A DNA stretch of 64,000 nucleotides from a virus: IMG/VR virus record IMGVR_UViG_3300005099_000065, positions 15,662 to 79,661 of that record; one strand, 5' to 3'. A model generated the notes under the pieces. It saw only the letters and a program-made list of their open reading frames with translations. It was not told the DNA's origin and ran no database searches. Every line of letters starts with the position of its first letter. Position 1 is the stretch's first letter. A program made the position numbers and the translations under genes. Positions 16,959-26,461 of this stretch are shown here, one piece after another.

Positions 16959-19151
16959 GCTATTCAATGGTTACCTGATAACAAGCTGGAAGGAGTTACC
17001 AGGCTCACTGATTTAGATGATGAGGTGGTGCTCAATTCTGTCCCAAACCATGGAACAGAATATCTAAATGATTACAATACAGCCACACTTTGGAGCGCCA
17101 AAAGCAAATCAGATGTTGAAATCGTTGCTGATTTGGGTTCTAGTGTAGCCATCGACACCTGCATAGTGCTGGGCACTTTGAAAAGTGCTGATTCTTTAAC
17201 AATTGGATATTCGAGCGATGGAACTTATTTCACTGAAGAACAAATCTCTAAACCTGTTTATGGAACTGGATTTGGAACACTAGTTGAAACTCAAAGTTAT
17301 CAGTTTTGGAGATTGAGCATAAACACATCCAATTTGCCAGCTATAAGAAGGGGCAGAACCAAAGCTAGTTTTGGTAGACCTAGCGAGAATAGATTTGGAT
17401 TGAATCCCAATGACGACCTTTGGTGGTCTATCGGAAATAAAATTTGTGATTGGGTACATGAAAGGTTACATCACTTACAAGGAGCAATACGATTCTTATT
17501 TGTACCTAAATGGTCAGGCACTAGCTTGGGAACCAAAACTTTGTTGTCTATTTGCACTGACTACCATTATTCTTATTTATCCATTTGTAAACTAGGGAAT
17601 GAAATAGAAGCTCGGATTTATGGAGCAGGAGCAAATTATTATTCGACTAAAATTTCAGGTACTTCAATTGTACCTTATGGCACTTATCACTTAGTCTTCA
17701 CTTGGTGCCAAAGACATGAAGTCATCCCTTCTTATTATATGGCTTTGTACTTGAATGGACAATTGGGGACTTACAATGAAGGATCTAAAGCCATTGCCAG
17801 GATAGGGCATCTAGATATAGATCTATATTTTAGGCTAGGTCGAGGAGCTAGAACAGGAGATGGCACTTTTGCTTATGATGGAGATGTAGCTATTGAAAGC
17901 TTAGCTGTTGAAGATGAGTGGTGGGGAAGCTCTAAGGTTGAAAAGGATTATCTTGAAGGAACTCGCACTCTAGTCAGACCTCAACTCAGATTCTTAGCTC
18001 CATTCATTGCTCCTGACAGCGAACTGCCAGGGCACTTAGAAAAAGATCCCGATTATGGGTATGGTTGGGTGGAAAGTGATGCTTTCTATTGGCGACTTTC
18101 ACAAGAAGAAACTGATTTCATTGCTCGAGTTAATAATAAAGTTGAAACTTCATGGGAATATGATCAAGAACCAGAACAAATCGGAACTGCTACAAAAGAT
18201 TTCACCACTAATACAATCAAAAATTATTACGCAATCATTGGAAGCTTACTAGTACCAACTAGCCAAGGCACTTTAGATGCTGGCTTATCATTTGTCAAGC
18301 CAATAAATCCAGGTTACCATTTTGGTCACGTTTGGGTCCATACTTCTGACAATCCTTATACAATGAAATACACCTTCAACATTTTTGAAACTGACGGAAG
18401 CGTTAGTTTATTTGGAACTGATTTGTTGAAAGGCACTTGGAATCGTATTGAATATCAGATTTTTGTGGACAGCCAACAAAATTTAAAATGGCGTTTTGGA
18501 TTATGGGGGACTGTCAATTATTCAGGTACTGGAACATATGCAATTATTACCAGTGAGATAACTTTGTACAAAGCCGTCACAGATACAGGCACAGGACATT
18601 GGTACAGCAGCGCTGGAACATTTGTGGATATACTTACTTTAGGCACGGTCAAAAAATGGTATTTTTATAAAGCTGGTACTTGTGGAGTTTGGTATGGAGC
18701 ACCAAGCGGAACCAAACCAGTCACTCACTGGTGTATGGAGGTTGGTACTGTGGGACCTACTGTGTTTAATTGGAAAACCAAAAGCGAAAAACATCAAATT
18801 TATGAATGGTTTCTAGGTAAGAAAACTGAATTAAGCGAAAATCCTGAAGCCAATTACAGGTTGATAGATCGTTTTGACGTGGAAAAACAAAAGACCAAAG
18901 GTGGAAAATCATTTACATATTTCAGATATTCATATCGCTCTTGGCAGTTCACTTATTCCACAATCAGCGAGGCAGATAAAGAAACGCTAAGACAAATAGT
19001 GAAAAAAGCTAAAGGTCCTTACAAACCGATTTACATGATTTTGTTTCCTGACAATCCAGAGCCAATCAGAGTGACATTGGAATCAGAACATGAATGGCAA
19101 GACATGATTGGTGGATGGAATTACACTTTAATCTTATCTGAAGAAAAATGA
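16956..19151 (+). CDS. distal tail/baseplate protein with inserted carbohydrate-binding-like domains
   Basis: 731 aa, beta-rich; LamG-like YHLVFTW...LYLNG segment; C-terminal Dit-like SWQFTY...WNYTLILSEE. Confidence 0.55.
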   Translation: MAIQWLPDNKLEGVTRLTDLDDEVVLNSVPNHGTEYLNDYNTATLWSAKSKSDVEIVADLGSSVAIDTCIVLGTLKSADSLTIGYSSDGTYFTEEQISKPVYGTGFGTLVETQSYQFWRLSINTSNLPAIRRGRTKASFGRPSENRFGLNPNDDLWWSIGNKICDWVHERLHHLQGAIRFLFVPKWSGTSLGTKTLLSICTDYHYSYLSICKLGNEIEARIYGAGANYYSTKISGTSIVPYGTYHLVFTWCQRHEVIPSYYMALYLNGQLGTYNEGSKAIARIGHLDIDLYFRLGRGARTGDGTFAYDGDVAIESLAVEDEWWGSSKVEKDYLEGTRTLVRPQLRFLAPFIAPDSELPGHLEKDPDYGYGWVESDAFYWRLSQEETDFIARVNNKVETSWEYDQEPEQIGTATKDFTTNTIKNYYAIIGSLLVPTSQGTLDAGLSFVKPINPGYHFGHVWVHTSDNPYTMKYTFNIFETDGSVSLFGTDLLKGTWNRIEYQIFVDSQQNLKWRFGLWGTVNYSGTGTYAIITSEITLYKAVTDTGTGHWYSSAGTFVDILTLGTVKKWYFYKAGTCGVWYGAPSGTKPVTHWCMEVGTVGPTVFNWKTKSEKHQIYEWFLGKKTELSENPEANYRLIDRFDVEKQKTKGGKSFTYFRYSYRSWQFTYSTISEADKETLRQIVKKAKGPYKPIYMILFPDNPEPIRVTLESEHEWQDMIGGWNYTLILSEEK

Positions 19152-21577
19152 GTGTAGTAGATGAAAGATTGGAAAAAGTAGGCAAAGGCTTAGAGGAAAC
19201 CAGAGACTTAAGATTGTGTCTCAAATTGAGTATAGGAACAATTGTTCGTTACTTCATAGATGGAGAAAAACCCCTAGATTTAAAAGGCACTTATTGCGAA
19301 CCCAGAATTGTGAATTATTCGCCTTTGACAGAAAATTACAACCCTGAGTCTTTGGAATTTCAGATCAGTGACATGAGCTTCAGTCTAGCCAATGGAGATC
19401 GTTACTTTTCTCGACACCCATTCAATCACCAATGGTTGATTGGAGCCGATGCAAATGTTTTGATTGGTTATGAAGATATTGAATTTTCAAGTTGGAAAAA
19501 AATATTGGAAGGCAAAGTCAAGAAAGTGTTCTGGCAAAACTCAATATTTCACATAGATATCAGTGACTCACTGAAAAAACTAGATCGACCTGTGCCAGAT
19601 ATAACAGTAGGGACAAATGAATTTCCACAATTAGATCCTGAATATGAAGGTCGTCCTATTCAATATTTTTGGGGAGATTGGACTAGAGGCACAACTTCAT
19701 GGCTTTGGTGCTATGATATACCTGCAGGCAATCGGTCAGGCACTTATTGGACAAGTGGCGGAAATATGGTGTTAGTACATAATGAGGGTACACTATTAAT
19801 AAGTCCTGACGGATTGAATTGGGAAATAGGAACTGTTGCTCAGGGAACAAGATTCAGATGTTTGAAGCAATTCGGGACTTTGATTTTTGTAGGAGATGAA
19901 TATGGAAATATATATAAATTTTCAGATGTCAGAATGAGAACATGGACAAAAACTTTTACAGGCACATTTATGACTCAAAACATTGTGTATTCAATGGAAA
20001 AAAAGACATTGCTTGGAACGGATTATTTATGGGTTTCTTTTGGAAATGTTTTAACTAAAACACCAAATGGTTATGACTTTGAAAAAGTATGGAAATTTGA
20101 TTATCATGTTACAACACTGAAAACAGATGAAGATGAAAAATATCTGTATGCAACTCCTTACTACTCCATACAATGTTCTGAAAATGGAACAAGTGGATGG
20201 ATTGCAGTTGTAGATAATATAACCGATCAATTCTTTTGTTCAGCTATATTTGGTACAACTGTGTGTTTTGGAGCAAGTAATGCAAAGGTGTACAAAGTCT
20301 TTGGAACCAGATTTGCAGTAGAAAAACTAGAGGATTCATACAATCAGGTATGGAGCATGACAAAAAGCTACAAATACCTTTATGCTTGGGTTGCACGTGG
20401 CGGTTGGATCAAGCTGTTTCGCAGCGATGGCCAAAAGTGGGAAAAAATTTACCAAGCCAAACACAGTACACCCGTCTGGCCGTACATAGAATTTTTCAAA
20501 AACAAATTGGTTTCTCGTCATTTGGTATGTTACAGAGAACCAACCACACCAGGGGGAAACTTTGAAGCCATACCAATTTCAAATAACAGACGAAAATGGC
20601 TCATATCTAGACAATACGTAGATAAGCTAGATGTATGGTTAGGCAAAGTGCAACTCGATTCTACTATGTATTTGTTACGAAGAGGTACTGTCTATAACTT
20701 CGGAACCAGAAATTGCTCCTACATTGAATTGTCCGACAAAATTCCAGATGATGAGATAGGAACTCATGTGGTTACATTTTGTCCTCAGGTTACCAAATAT
20801 GGAGAAAACGTTTCAGATGTATTGAAAAACATCCTTACATGGAATGAATTGGGAGGATTTGCCGAAATTGGAACCACATTTGATGTGGCTAAAAACAACT
20901 TTCCAAATGCAAAACTAAACATTTATATGGTTGAACAGAGAAGGCTAGGACAAATTTTACACGATATAGCCAAACAGACATATGGCATCGTGTATTTTGA
21001 AGGAGGAATCCCCCAATTCAGAATATTCAAAGATATAGATCAAGAAACAGTTTCAAAGCAAATAGATCAAAATGACATTTTGGAATTTCAGCTTGAAAGA
21101 ACAATAGATCAAATCACAAATGAAGTTACAATTTATCACTCGTACAACGAAGCTCAAAAAATATATCGCTCTATATTGAAAGTGTTGGGCACTGCTGCAT
21201 ATTTAGAATATGGAATCAAACAACCAATCACTATACATGGCAAATATTTAGTAGGAACGGGTTTTGCATATGATGTAGCTGTTAGATATTTGAATGATTT
21301 GCAAGTGGGGTATTATTGTTTGAGGATGAAATTGCCCTTGAAATACATAGTGTTGCATCTGGGGGATGTGATACAAGTCACATATGATGAGGGACCTAGC
21401 CAAGAAGGAGGATTCACAAACAAGAGATTCAGAATGTATTCTATTAAAAAGGATTTTGCAGACAATTCAATTGAAATTGAAGCAATTTCTCCAATTGAAA
21501 TGTATGCTCTGAAAGAAGACTACAAAACCGTACTCAGTACAGAAGAACATTTGTTTATAGCAGGAACAACTTACTAG
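19148..21577 (+). CDS. tail hub/central tail protein with probable beta-propeller insert
   Basis: 809 aa. Hub-like ends (ISDMSFSLAN; LHLGDVIQVT). Central W-rich repeats (SPDGLNW, TPNGYDF, SENGTSGW, RSDGQKW). Confidence 0.6.
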   Translation: MSVVDERLEKVGKGLEETRDLRLCLKLSIGTIVRYFIDGEKPLDLKGTYCEPRIVNYSPLTENYNPESLEFQISDMSFSLANGDRYFSRHPFNHQWLIGADANVLIGYEDIEFSSWKKILEGKVKKVFWQNSIFHIDISDSLKKLDRPVPDITVGTNEFPQLDPEYEGRPIQYFWGDWTRGTTSWLWCYDIPAGNRSGTYWTSGGNMVLVHNEGTLLISPDGLNWEIGTVAQGTRFRCLKQFGTLIFVGDEYGNIYKFSDVRMRTWTKTFTGTFMTQNIVYSMEKKTLLGTDYLWVSFGNVLTKTPNGYDFEKVWKFDYHVTTLKTDEDEKYLYATPYYSIQCSENGTSGWIAVVDNITDQFFCSAIFGTTVCFGASNAKVYKVFGTRFAVEKLEDSYNQVWSMTKSYKYLYAWVARGGWIKLFRSDGQKWEKIYQAKHSTPVWPYIEFFKNKLVSRHLVCYREPTTPGGNFEAIPISNNRRKWLISRQYVDKLDVWLGKVQLDSTMYLLRRGTVYNFGTRNCSYIELSDKIPDDEIGTHVVTFCPQVTKYGENVSDVLKNILTWNELGGFAEIGTTFDVAKNNFPNAKLNIYMVEQRRLGQILHDIAKQTYGIVYFEGGIPQFRIFKDIDQETVSKQIDQNDILEFQLERTIDQITNEVTIYHSYNEAQKIYRSILKVLGTAAYLEYGIKQPITIHGKYLVGTGFAYDVAVRYLNDLQVGYYCLRMKLPLKYIVLHLGDVIQVTYDEGPSQEGGFTNKRFRMYSIKKDFADNSIEIEAISPIEMYALKEDYKTVLSTEEHLFIAGTTY

Positions 21578-21587
21578 GAGGCTTAAA

Positions 21588-22664
21588 ATGGCTCGTTTCA
21601 AATTTGCTGGAGTTTATTTAGCTAGAAAAGGTGACAAGCTAGTTGCTGTACCATATGCAGATATAAGCATATATTTAGCTGGAACTGATACTCCAGCTGT
21701 TGTATACACATCGGAAACGGGTTCTTACTACATTAGCTCAGCACCTCAATTGAACACGAATGAAAATGGAGAATTTGAATTTTATGTAGATGACACAGAT
21801 TATGACTACACACAAAAATTCAAAATTGTGTGTTCAAAACCAGGCTATGAAACCAAAACCTGGGATTATGTTTCCATATTTCCATATGCTGGATTCGATG
21901 CTCATTCAATTAGAAACGTGAATGTGGTAGATAACTTAAGTGATGTGATTTCAACCCATGATTTATTGAAATATCAAGGCACTCAGCTTGCTCCTGAAAA
22001 CATTGACGAAATCTTGATGTCCTATTATAATGCCTCACTTCATAGTTTATTGTGGTGTGCAGGGGATCAATTTACCCCTGAAAATATAAATGAAATTTTG
22101 AAATCTTATTTCAATCCCTCTGACAGCAATGACATATTAATATATGATGGCTCGAACTTCACATGTGAGCCTATAAATGCATTAGAAAAGATAACTGAAG
22201 TTAATATCAGTTCTACCTGTGATTATGTAGAATTTACAAATCTAGATGGGAATTCAGCTTGGTTTTACTGGTTGTTAGTTGTCATCAAAAATCCATCAAC
22301 AACAAGCTCTCATCTCAACCTCTATGTAAATGGAGACACAACTGAATCTAATTACCATTATGCTTATCTTTCTAGCAGTTCAGGAGGAGTAAGTGGGGGT
22401 GTAGAAAATCGACCTTCTATATTATATTTTGACTCAGGTATAAGAGCACTTTTAAGTATAGTAATTTCTAAAGATGTTGATGGTTACTTTAGGTATATGA
22501 GTAGAGGAGTTAGAAAGACAGGTTCTAACATAGTGATAGACATTCGTTATGGATGTAGAAATTCAACAATTAGCAATATTACATCTTTAAGAATACAAGG
22601 ACTTGCCTCAGGAATGATAGGAACGGGTTCAAAGTTTATGCTTTTCAAAGCAAGGAGGACATAG
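21588..22664 (+). CDS. tail fibre / receptor-binding protein
   Basis: N-terminal NENGEFEFY head-binding-like domain, three ~26-aa internal repeats, and position at the end of the tail module. Confidence 0.6.
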   Translation: MARFKFAGVYLARKGDKLVAVPYADISIYLAGTDTPAVVYTSETGSYYISSAPQLNTNENGEFEFYVDDTDYDYTQKFKIVCSKPGYETKTWDYVSIFPYAGFDAHSIRNVNVVDNLSDVISTHDLLKYQGTQLAPENIDEILMSYYNASLHSLLWCAGDQFTPENINEILKSYFNPSDSNDILIYDGSNFTCEPINALEKITEVNISSTCDYVEFTNLDGNSAWFYWLLVVIKNPSTTSSHLNLYVNGDTTESNYHYAYLSSSSGGVSGGVENRPSILYFDSGIRALLSIVISKDVDGYFRYMSRGVRKTGSNIVIDIRYGCRNSTISNITSLRIQGLASGMIGTGSKFMLFKARRT

Positions 22665-22666
22665 TT

Positions 22667-22903
22667 ATGAAATTGAAAGGAATACAAGCAGATGTGAGGG
22701 ATGGGCAAATAAGGGAAGTGTACGAGGAAATCTCAGATGAAGAATACCAAAAAAGACAACAATTCATAGACAAGTTGGCAAAGCAAGAACAAATAAAAAA
22801 TTTGATTTCTCAAAAAATGAATGAGCTATTAAAACAAATGGCTATAGAAGAATTGATAAAAGAAGGCAAAATCAAACCAGAAGATCTAGAAGAAATCCAA
22901 TGA
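22667..22903 (+). CDS. small protein, possible fibre assembly chaperone
   Basis: 78 aa directly after the fibre gene; helical and charged. Confidence 0.45.
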   Translation: MKLKGIQADVRDGQIREVYEEISDEEYQKRQQFIDKLAKQEQIKNLISQKMNELLKQMAIEELIKEGKIKPEDLEEIQ

Positions 22904-23394
22904 CTCCACAACAAAAGAAACTGACTGACAAATTGTTGAAAGTCAGATTGTCTCCACATTTCATGATGAGGGAATTCAGAACCAGCACATTGTATCCAGA
23001 GTTGGCTGAAAGAATTCCTCTAGATGAAACAGATGTGTTGAAATTTCGCTTGATTTGCTACACCATTTTGGAACCAGTGTGGGAAATGCTGAACGAAAAA
23101 TATCGCCCTAAACCAGTGAAAATCCGAATACTGAGCGGCAAAAGAAGCTACCGATTAAATACTTTGCTAGGAGGAAGGAAAAGAAGCTTGCATTTGCAGT
23201 CGATGGCTGTGGACTTTGTACCTCTGATAGATTACTTGGTGTCGGATGAAGTGTTGGAGCAAACGTTTCAGTTCATAAAGCTGAGATTACCTTATGCATT
23301 TGGGGAATTGTATTGGCAATACAGAAGACAATTCATCCATGTAAGCCTACCATTGCCTGGCAAGTGGAGGGAAGCATGGGTAGTGAAAGAGTAA
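22900..23394 (+). CDS. peptidase M15 family (Zn-dependent cell-wall peptidase, endolysin-like)
   Basis: LSPHF..REF, ILSGKRS..LN..LGG..SLH...AVDF and FIHVS motifs. Confidence 0.8.
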   Translation: MTPQQKKLTDKLLKVRLSPHFMMREFRTSTLYPELAERIPLDETDVLKFRLICYTILEPVWEMLNEKYRPKPVKIRILSGKRSYRLNTLLGGRKRSLHLQSMAVDFVPLIDYLVSDEVLEQTFQFIKLRLPYAFGELYWQYRRQFIHVSLPLPGKWREAWVVKE

Positions 23395-23789
23395 GGCAAG
23401 TGCTGAATCTGGATGTGGATGAAGAAACTGAAAGGAAAATATTGGCTTATGGATTAACCCTAATTGCGTGGCTGGAAACAGATCCTGCTGATTTGCCTGA
23501 AATTGATTCTCCAGCTGGTGCCAGAATGAAAGATCTGGGCAAAGAATGGAACAAGTTGAGAAAAGAGCTAAAAATTCGAGCTTACAAGCCTTGCAGAGAT
23601 AGCGATGCCCGAAGAGCCCAGCTGGTGCAAATGTACTTGCAGCTACGTTATGAGATAGATGTAAAGCAACCTCCACTAACACCTGCCACTCGGATTGCCG
23701 TGTGGAAAATGAAACTGGATTTGATGAATAAAATAGAGCAGTTGAAGCAAAGCAAAGAGGAAAGCCTGAGTGAGTTGATTAAGAAATAA
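23376..23789 (+). CDS. hypothetical protein (possible terminase small subunit)
   Basis: GGAGG SD before ATG 23376; helical with C-terminal ESLSELIK. Functional call is weak. Confidence 0.4.
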   Translation: MGSERVRQVLNLDVDEETERKILAYGLTLIAWLETDPADLPEIDSPAGARMKDLGKEWNKLRKELKIRAYKPCRDSDARRAQLVQMYLQLRYEIDVKQPPLTPATRIAVWKMKLDLMNKIEQLKQSKEESLSELIKK

Positions 23790-23885
23790 CAAAAACCAAA
23801 AACCAAAAACCAAAAATCAAAAATCAAAAATCGAAAACCAAATTCGAATCAAAATCAAAATCAAAATCAAATCAAAATCGAACCA
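23790..23885. repeat. degenerate heptamer/hexamer tandem repeat (CAAAAAC x3, CAAAAAT x3, then CAAAAT-like)
   Basis: Read directly from the sequence immediately after the stop at 23789. Confidence 0.9.
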
Positions 23886-24244
23886 AAGCAATTCGGATTT
23901 TTGAAGCTGAGAGAGGAGAAAGTGAATTGAAGGTGGAAAGTCGATTGCGGGATGAAATGTGTGTTAATTTTGCTGGGTTGCATGTTATTGGCAAGGGCTA
24001 AATCGTGGTGTTGGTGTTGGTGGGGTTGGAAATTTTGGATTTTAGAGCTCTATTAGCATTTGCACTGCACCACCATCACCAACCCCACTCACACACCAGC
24101 AGCACATCTTCATCAACTTCATCCATTATACCTGTCCATAATCACAAGCTCATATGTTCCTGTCCGTGTGCCTATATGTTCATATTTATGTCCATAATTG
24201 CATATTTGTATGCTCATGTTTATATGTCTATATGTTCATGTTGT

Positions 24245-24298
24245 GGCGTAATACGGTTGTTTGGCGTAATACGGTTGTTTGGCGTAATACGGTTGTTT
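24245..24298. repeat. three perfect 18-bp direct repeats GGCGTAATACGGTTGTTT
   Basis: Units at 24245-24262, 24263-24280 and 24281-24298, with no spacers. Confidence 0.95.
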
Positions 24299-24526
24299 GA
24301 TGTGATATGTGATTATTTTTAATGGTGTGTGTGGTGGGGATGAATGTCTTTGGGACATATAAAAAAATAAAAAAAATTCAAGATTTACACACCACCACCA
24401 CCACCAATACCAACAACACATCTACCACCATCAACACCAACAACACCACCACTCCACCAACAATAGCTTCATCCACATCAACAGCAAACTCAATTTGATT
24501 CGGTCTGGATCTGGTTTGATTCAACC

Positions 24527-24739
24527 TCAGCTTTCTCGAACACCCTTCCTCAACTCAAACCTTTCGCAATTCTCTTTAGGCTCAAATTCTTCGTCCTCAT
24601 CAGCCAGAACAATACCATCGCAAAGATACAACAATCCTATCCCCGTATATCTGGCTTTGAAATGTTTGCAATGGAAACAACTTCTTTCCTTTTGTTGACT
24701 TGATTTGATTCTCCCTTTTGATTTCATTTCCTCATCCAT
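24527..24739 (-). CDS. small Cys-containing hypothetical protein
   Basis: CFHCKHF...C...C putative Zn site; last gene of the minus-strand cluster. Confidence 0.55.
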   Translation of the reverse strand: MDEEMKSKGRIKSSQQKERSCFHCKHFKARYTGIGLLYLCDGIVLADEDEEFEPKENCERFELRKGVRES

Positions 24740-24879
24740 TGCTTATCCGAATCACTCCAAATCTTTTTGTATCTTTTCCACATAACATAAGCAAGCCAAA
24801 ATTGCTCTCCACTGCTGAAATACGGAGTTTCTAACATTGTGCCGTAAGCTTGTTTCATTTCTTCCAAAACATTTTTCAT
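24724..24879 (-). CDS. hypothetical protein (probable C-terminal half of a split gene)
   Basis: ATG overlapping the upstream TGA; contains FSSGEQFWLAYVM. Confidence 0.45.
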   Translation of the reverse strand: MKNVLEEMKQAYGTMLETPYFSSGEQFWLAYVMWKRYKKIWSDSDKQWMRK

Positions 24880-25112
24880 AGCCGTTGCAGTCCAAAAAAG
24901 CTGTTGGGTCTCAGCATTTGTTGCAATTGGTCTTGGCGAGGAAGCCAAATGGTTTCACTCGCCAATTCCTCTGGCCAATTTATCTCCCAATGATATTTTA
25001 TTTTGTGATGAAATTCCCGTATTGCGAACAGATCATCATATTTGTATTTGCATTTCTTTTGGATTTCCCTGGCTTTCTTGCACATCAAAATATATTTTCC
25101 ACTCAGATCCAT
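24876..25112 (-). CDS. hypothetical phage protein (probable N-terminal half of a split gene)
   Basis: GGAG SD; MDLS..YILMCKKA.EIQ and IWLPRQDQLQ.M motifs. Confidence 0.55.
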   Translation of the reverse strand: MDLSGKYILMCKKAREIQKKCKYKYDDLFAIREFHHKIKYHWEINWPEELASETIWLPRQDQLQQMLRPNSFFGLQRL

Positions 25113-25188
25113 TTTCTCCTTTGAATTCAGTTTTCATAACATCACCATCACCATCACCATCACCATCAATGCAACCATTCTTTGCATT

Positions 25189-26013
25189 TCATTCTTCTTG
25201 CGATTCGATTTCTTGAATGGCTTTTTTATACCACTCATTGCTCAAGTCTTTCCAAAACAATGTTTGCTTTTCTTTCATTTCCAAATACTCAACCAATTGT
25301 TGAGCAGTTATCCAATCCTTCAATCGAGCTGGATAACCTTGGGAATTAAGCTCCTTTTCTATTTGAGCCAAAGTCAAAATGTTCCTTTTACCCTCTTCGT
25401 CTTTCCAGCAATGTTCAAATTCCCTCAACCTTCCCAATATGCAAGGAAAACAACCCACACGAGCGAAACCCCGAGAATAAAGGGGATTGGGTTGAATGCT
25501 CCGAGAGCGCAACAATTGGAACACTTGAGGTACCGAATAGCGCAATAGAGGAAAATGACATGTGATCCGAGACAATTTGTTTCTCATTCCTTTTCTCAAA
25601 GATGCCCATTTTAGCCAATCCCGACAATTCATGTAAGCTGAGGTGTATTTGATACGACGTGAACGGCTTTCGCTTTTTCTGATTCCAATCCAAAGCTCTG
25701 TTATGTCATAACCAGAAAAAGCCAAAAATTCAGCCACTGGTCTGGTTTTCAAATAACCAGTGCAGAATCTGATTTTGGAATTGGGAAATCTTTTCCACTT
25801 TCGTATCAAATCAATCAAAGTGTAGGATGGAGACAATCTGATTATGCGCACACCCAAAACCCTTTCCAAATAATCCAAATATTCATATGTGAGCGAATGT
25901 TCCCAACCAGTGTCTGTGAAGATCCCTACCACATTTTCATTTCCATACCTTTCCACAGCCAGCAATAATGTAGCTGTGCTATCCTTACCCCCACTCACCA
26001 ACACTCCAATCAT
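25189..26013 (-). CDS. PAPS/APS-reductase family (PP-loop) protein
   Basis: SGGKDS PP-loop, FTDTGWEH, RFCT..LK..P, GIRKSESRSR and RVGCFPC. Confidence 0.88.
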   Translation of the reverse strand: MIGVLVSGGKDSTATLLLAVERYGNENVVGIFTDTGWEHSLTYEYLDYLERVLGVRIIRLSPSYTLIDLIRKWKRFPNSKIRFCTGYLKTRPVAEFLAFSGYDITELWIGIRKSESRSRRIKYTSAYMNCRDWLKWASLRKGMRNKLSRITCHFPLLRYSVPQVFQLLRSRSIQPNPLYSRGFARVGCFPCILGRLREFEHCWKDEEGKRNILTLAQIEKELNSQGYPARLKDWITAQQLVEYLEMKEKQTLFWKDLSNEWYKKAIQEIESQEE

Positions 26014-26125
26014 GAACGCCCTACCTAATGTTCACTCCCTTTGTGTCAAGAAGCGCTTTTCTAACACCCCAGTTTTGGCTCTATCTCTTCATCTCGACCA
26101 TCTCCTCCTTGTCTATAAATCATCT

Positions 26126-26461
26126 TTATTTTTTCCAACCAGCAATAGCTGAATTTCTAAATTGTTTAGCAGCTTCCACCACTTCAGGATGAGGATGTTC
26201 AAAACTCACTCCTATGTATTCATCTGACGTCCATTTGACCACACCCTTCAACACGTGAACGCTATTCAATATCAAATGAACCTCTATGGAATCTCCTTTT
26301 TTGAAATTGTGTCCATCTTTTTCTACCAAACACCCTCGCTCACTGATGTTCAGCATCCGAGCTGGCTCAGCAGGCAAGGTGGTCTCAAGCAAACCAAAAC
26401 TTTTTTTGATATAAGCTAAATTCCAAGTAAGGAGACGAGGGCTTTTCCTCTTTTCCTCCAT
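26126..26461 (-). CDS. PilZ-domain protein
   Basis: RKSPR (RxxxR) and NISERG (D/NxSxxG) motifs, then GVVKW...IGVSF; GGAGG SD. Confidence 0.8.
   Translation of the reverse strand: MEEKRKSPRLLTWNLAYIKKSFGLLETTLPAEPARMLNISERGCLVEKDGHNFKKGDSIEVHLILNSVHVLKGVVKWTSDEYIGVSFEHPHPEVVEAAKQFRNSAIAGWKK

Noticed and set aside
24245-24298. Possible CRISPR mini-array
   Set aside because: The 18-bp units are head-to-tail with no spacers, and there are no cas genes.
24005-24421. ORFs 24005-24322 (+) and 24236-24421 (-; MCCWYWWWWW..., KQPYYA repeats)
   Set aside because: Translations of low-complexity DNA repeats, with no SD and implausible composition.
25140-25167. (CATCAC)n hexamer microsatellite in an intergenic gap
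   Set aside because: The repeat is real, but no credible ORF contains it, and similar simple repeats elsewhere suggest generic slippage.
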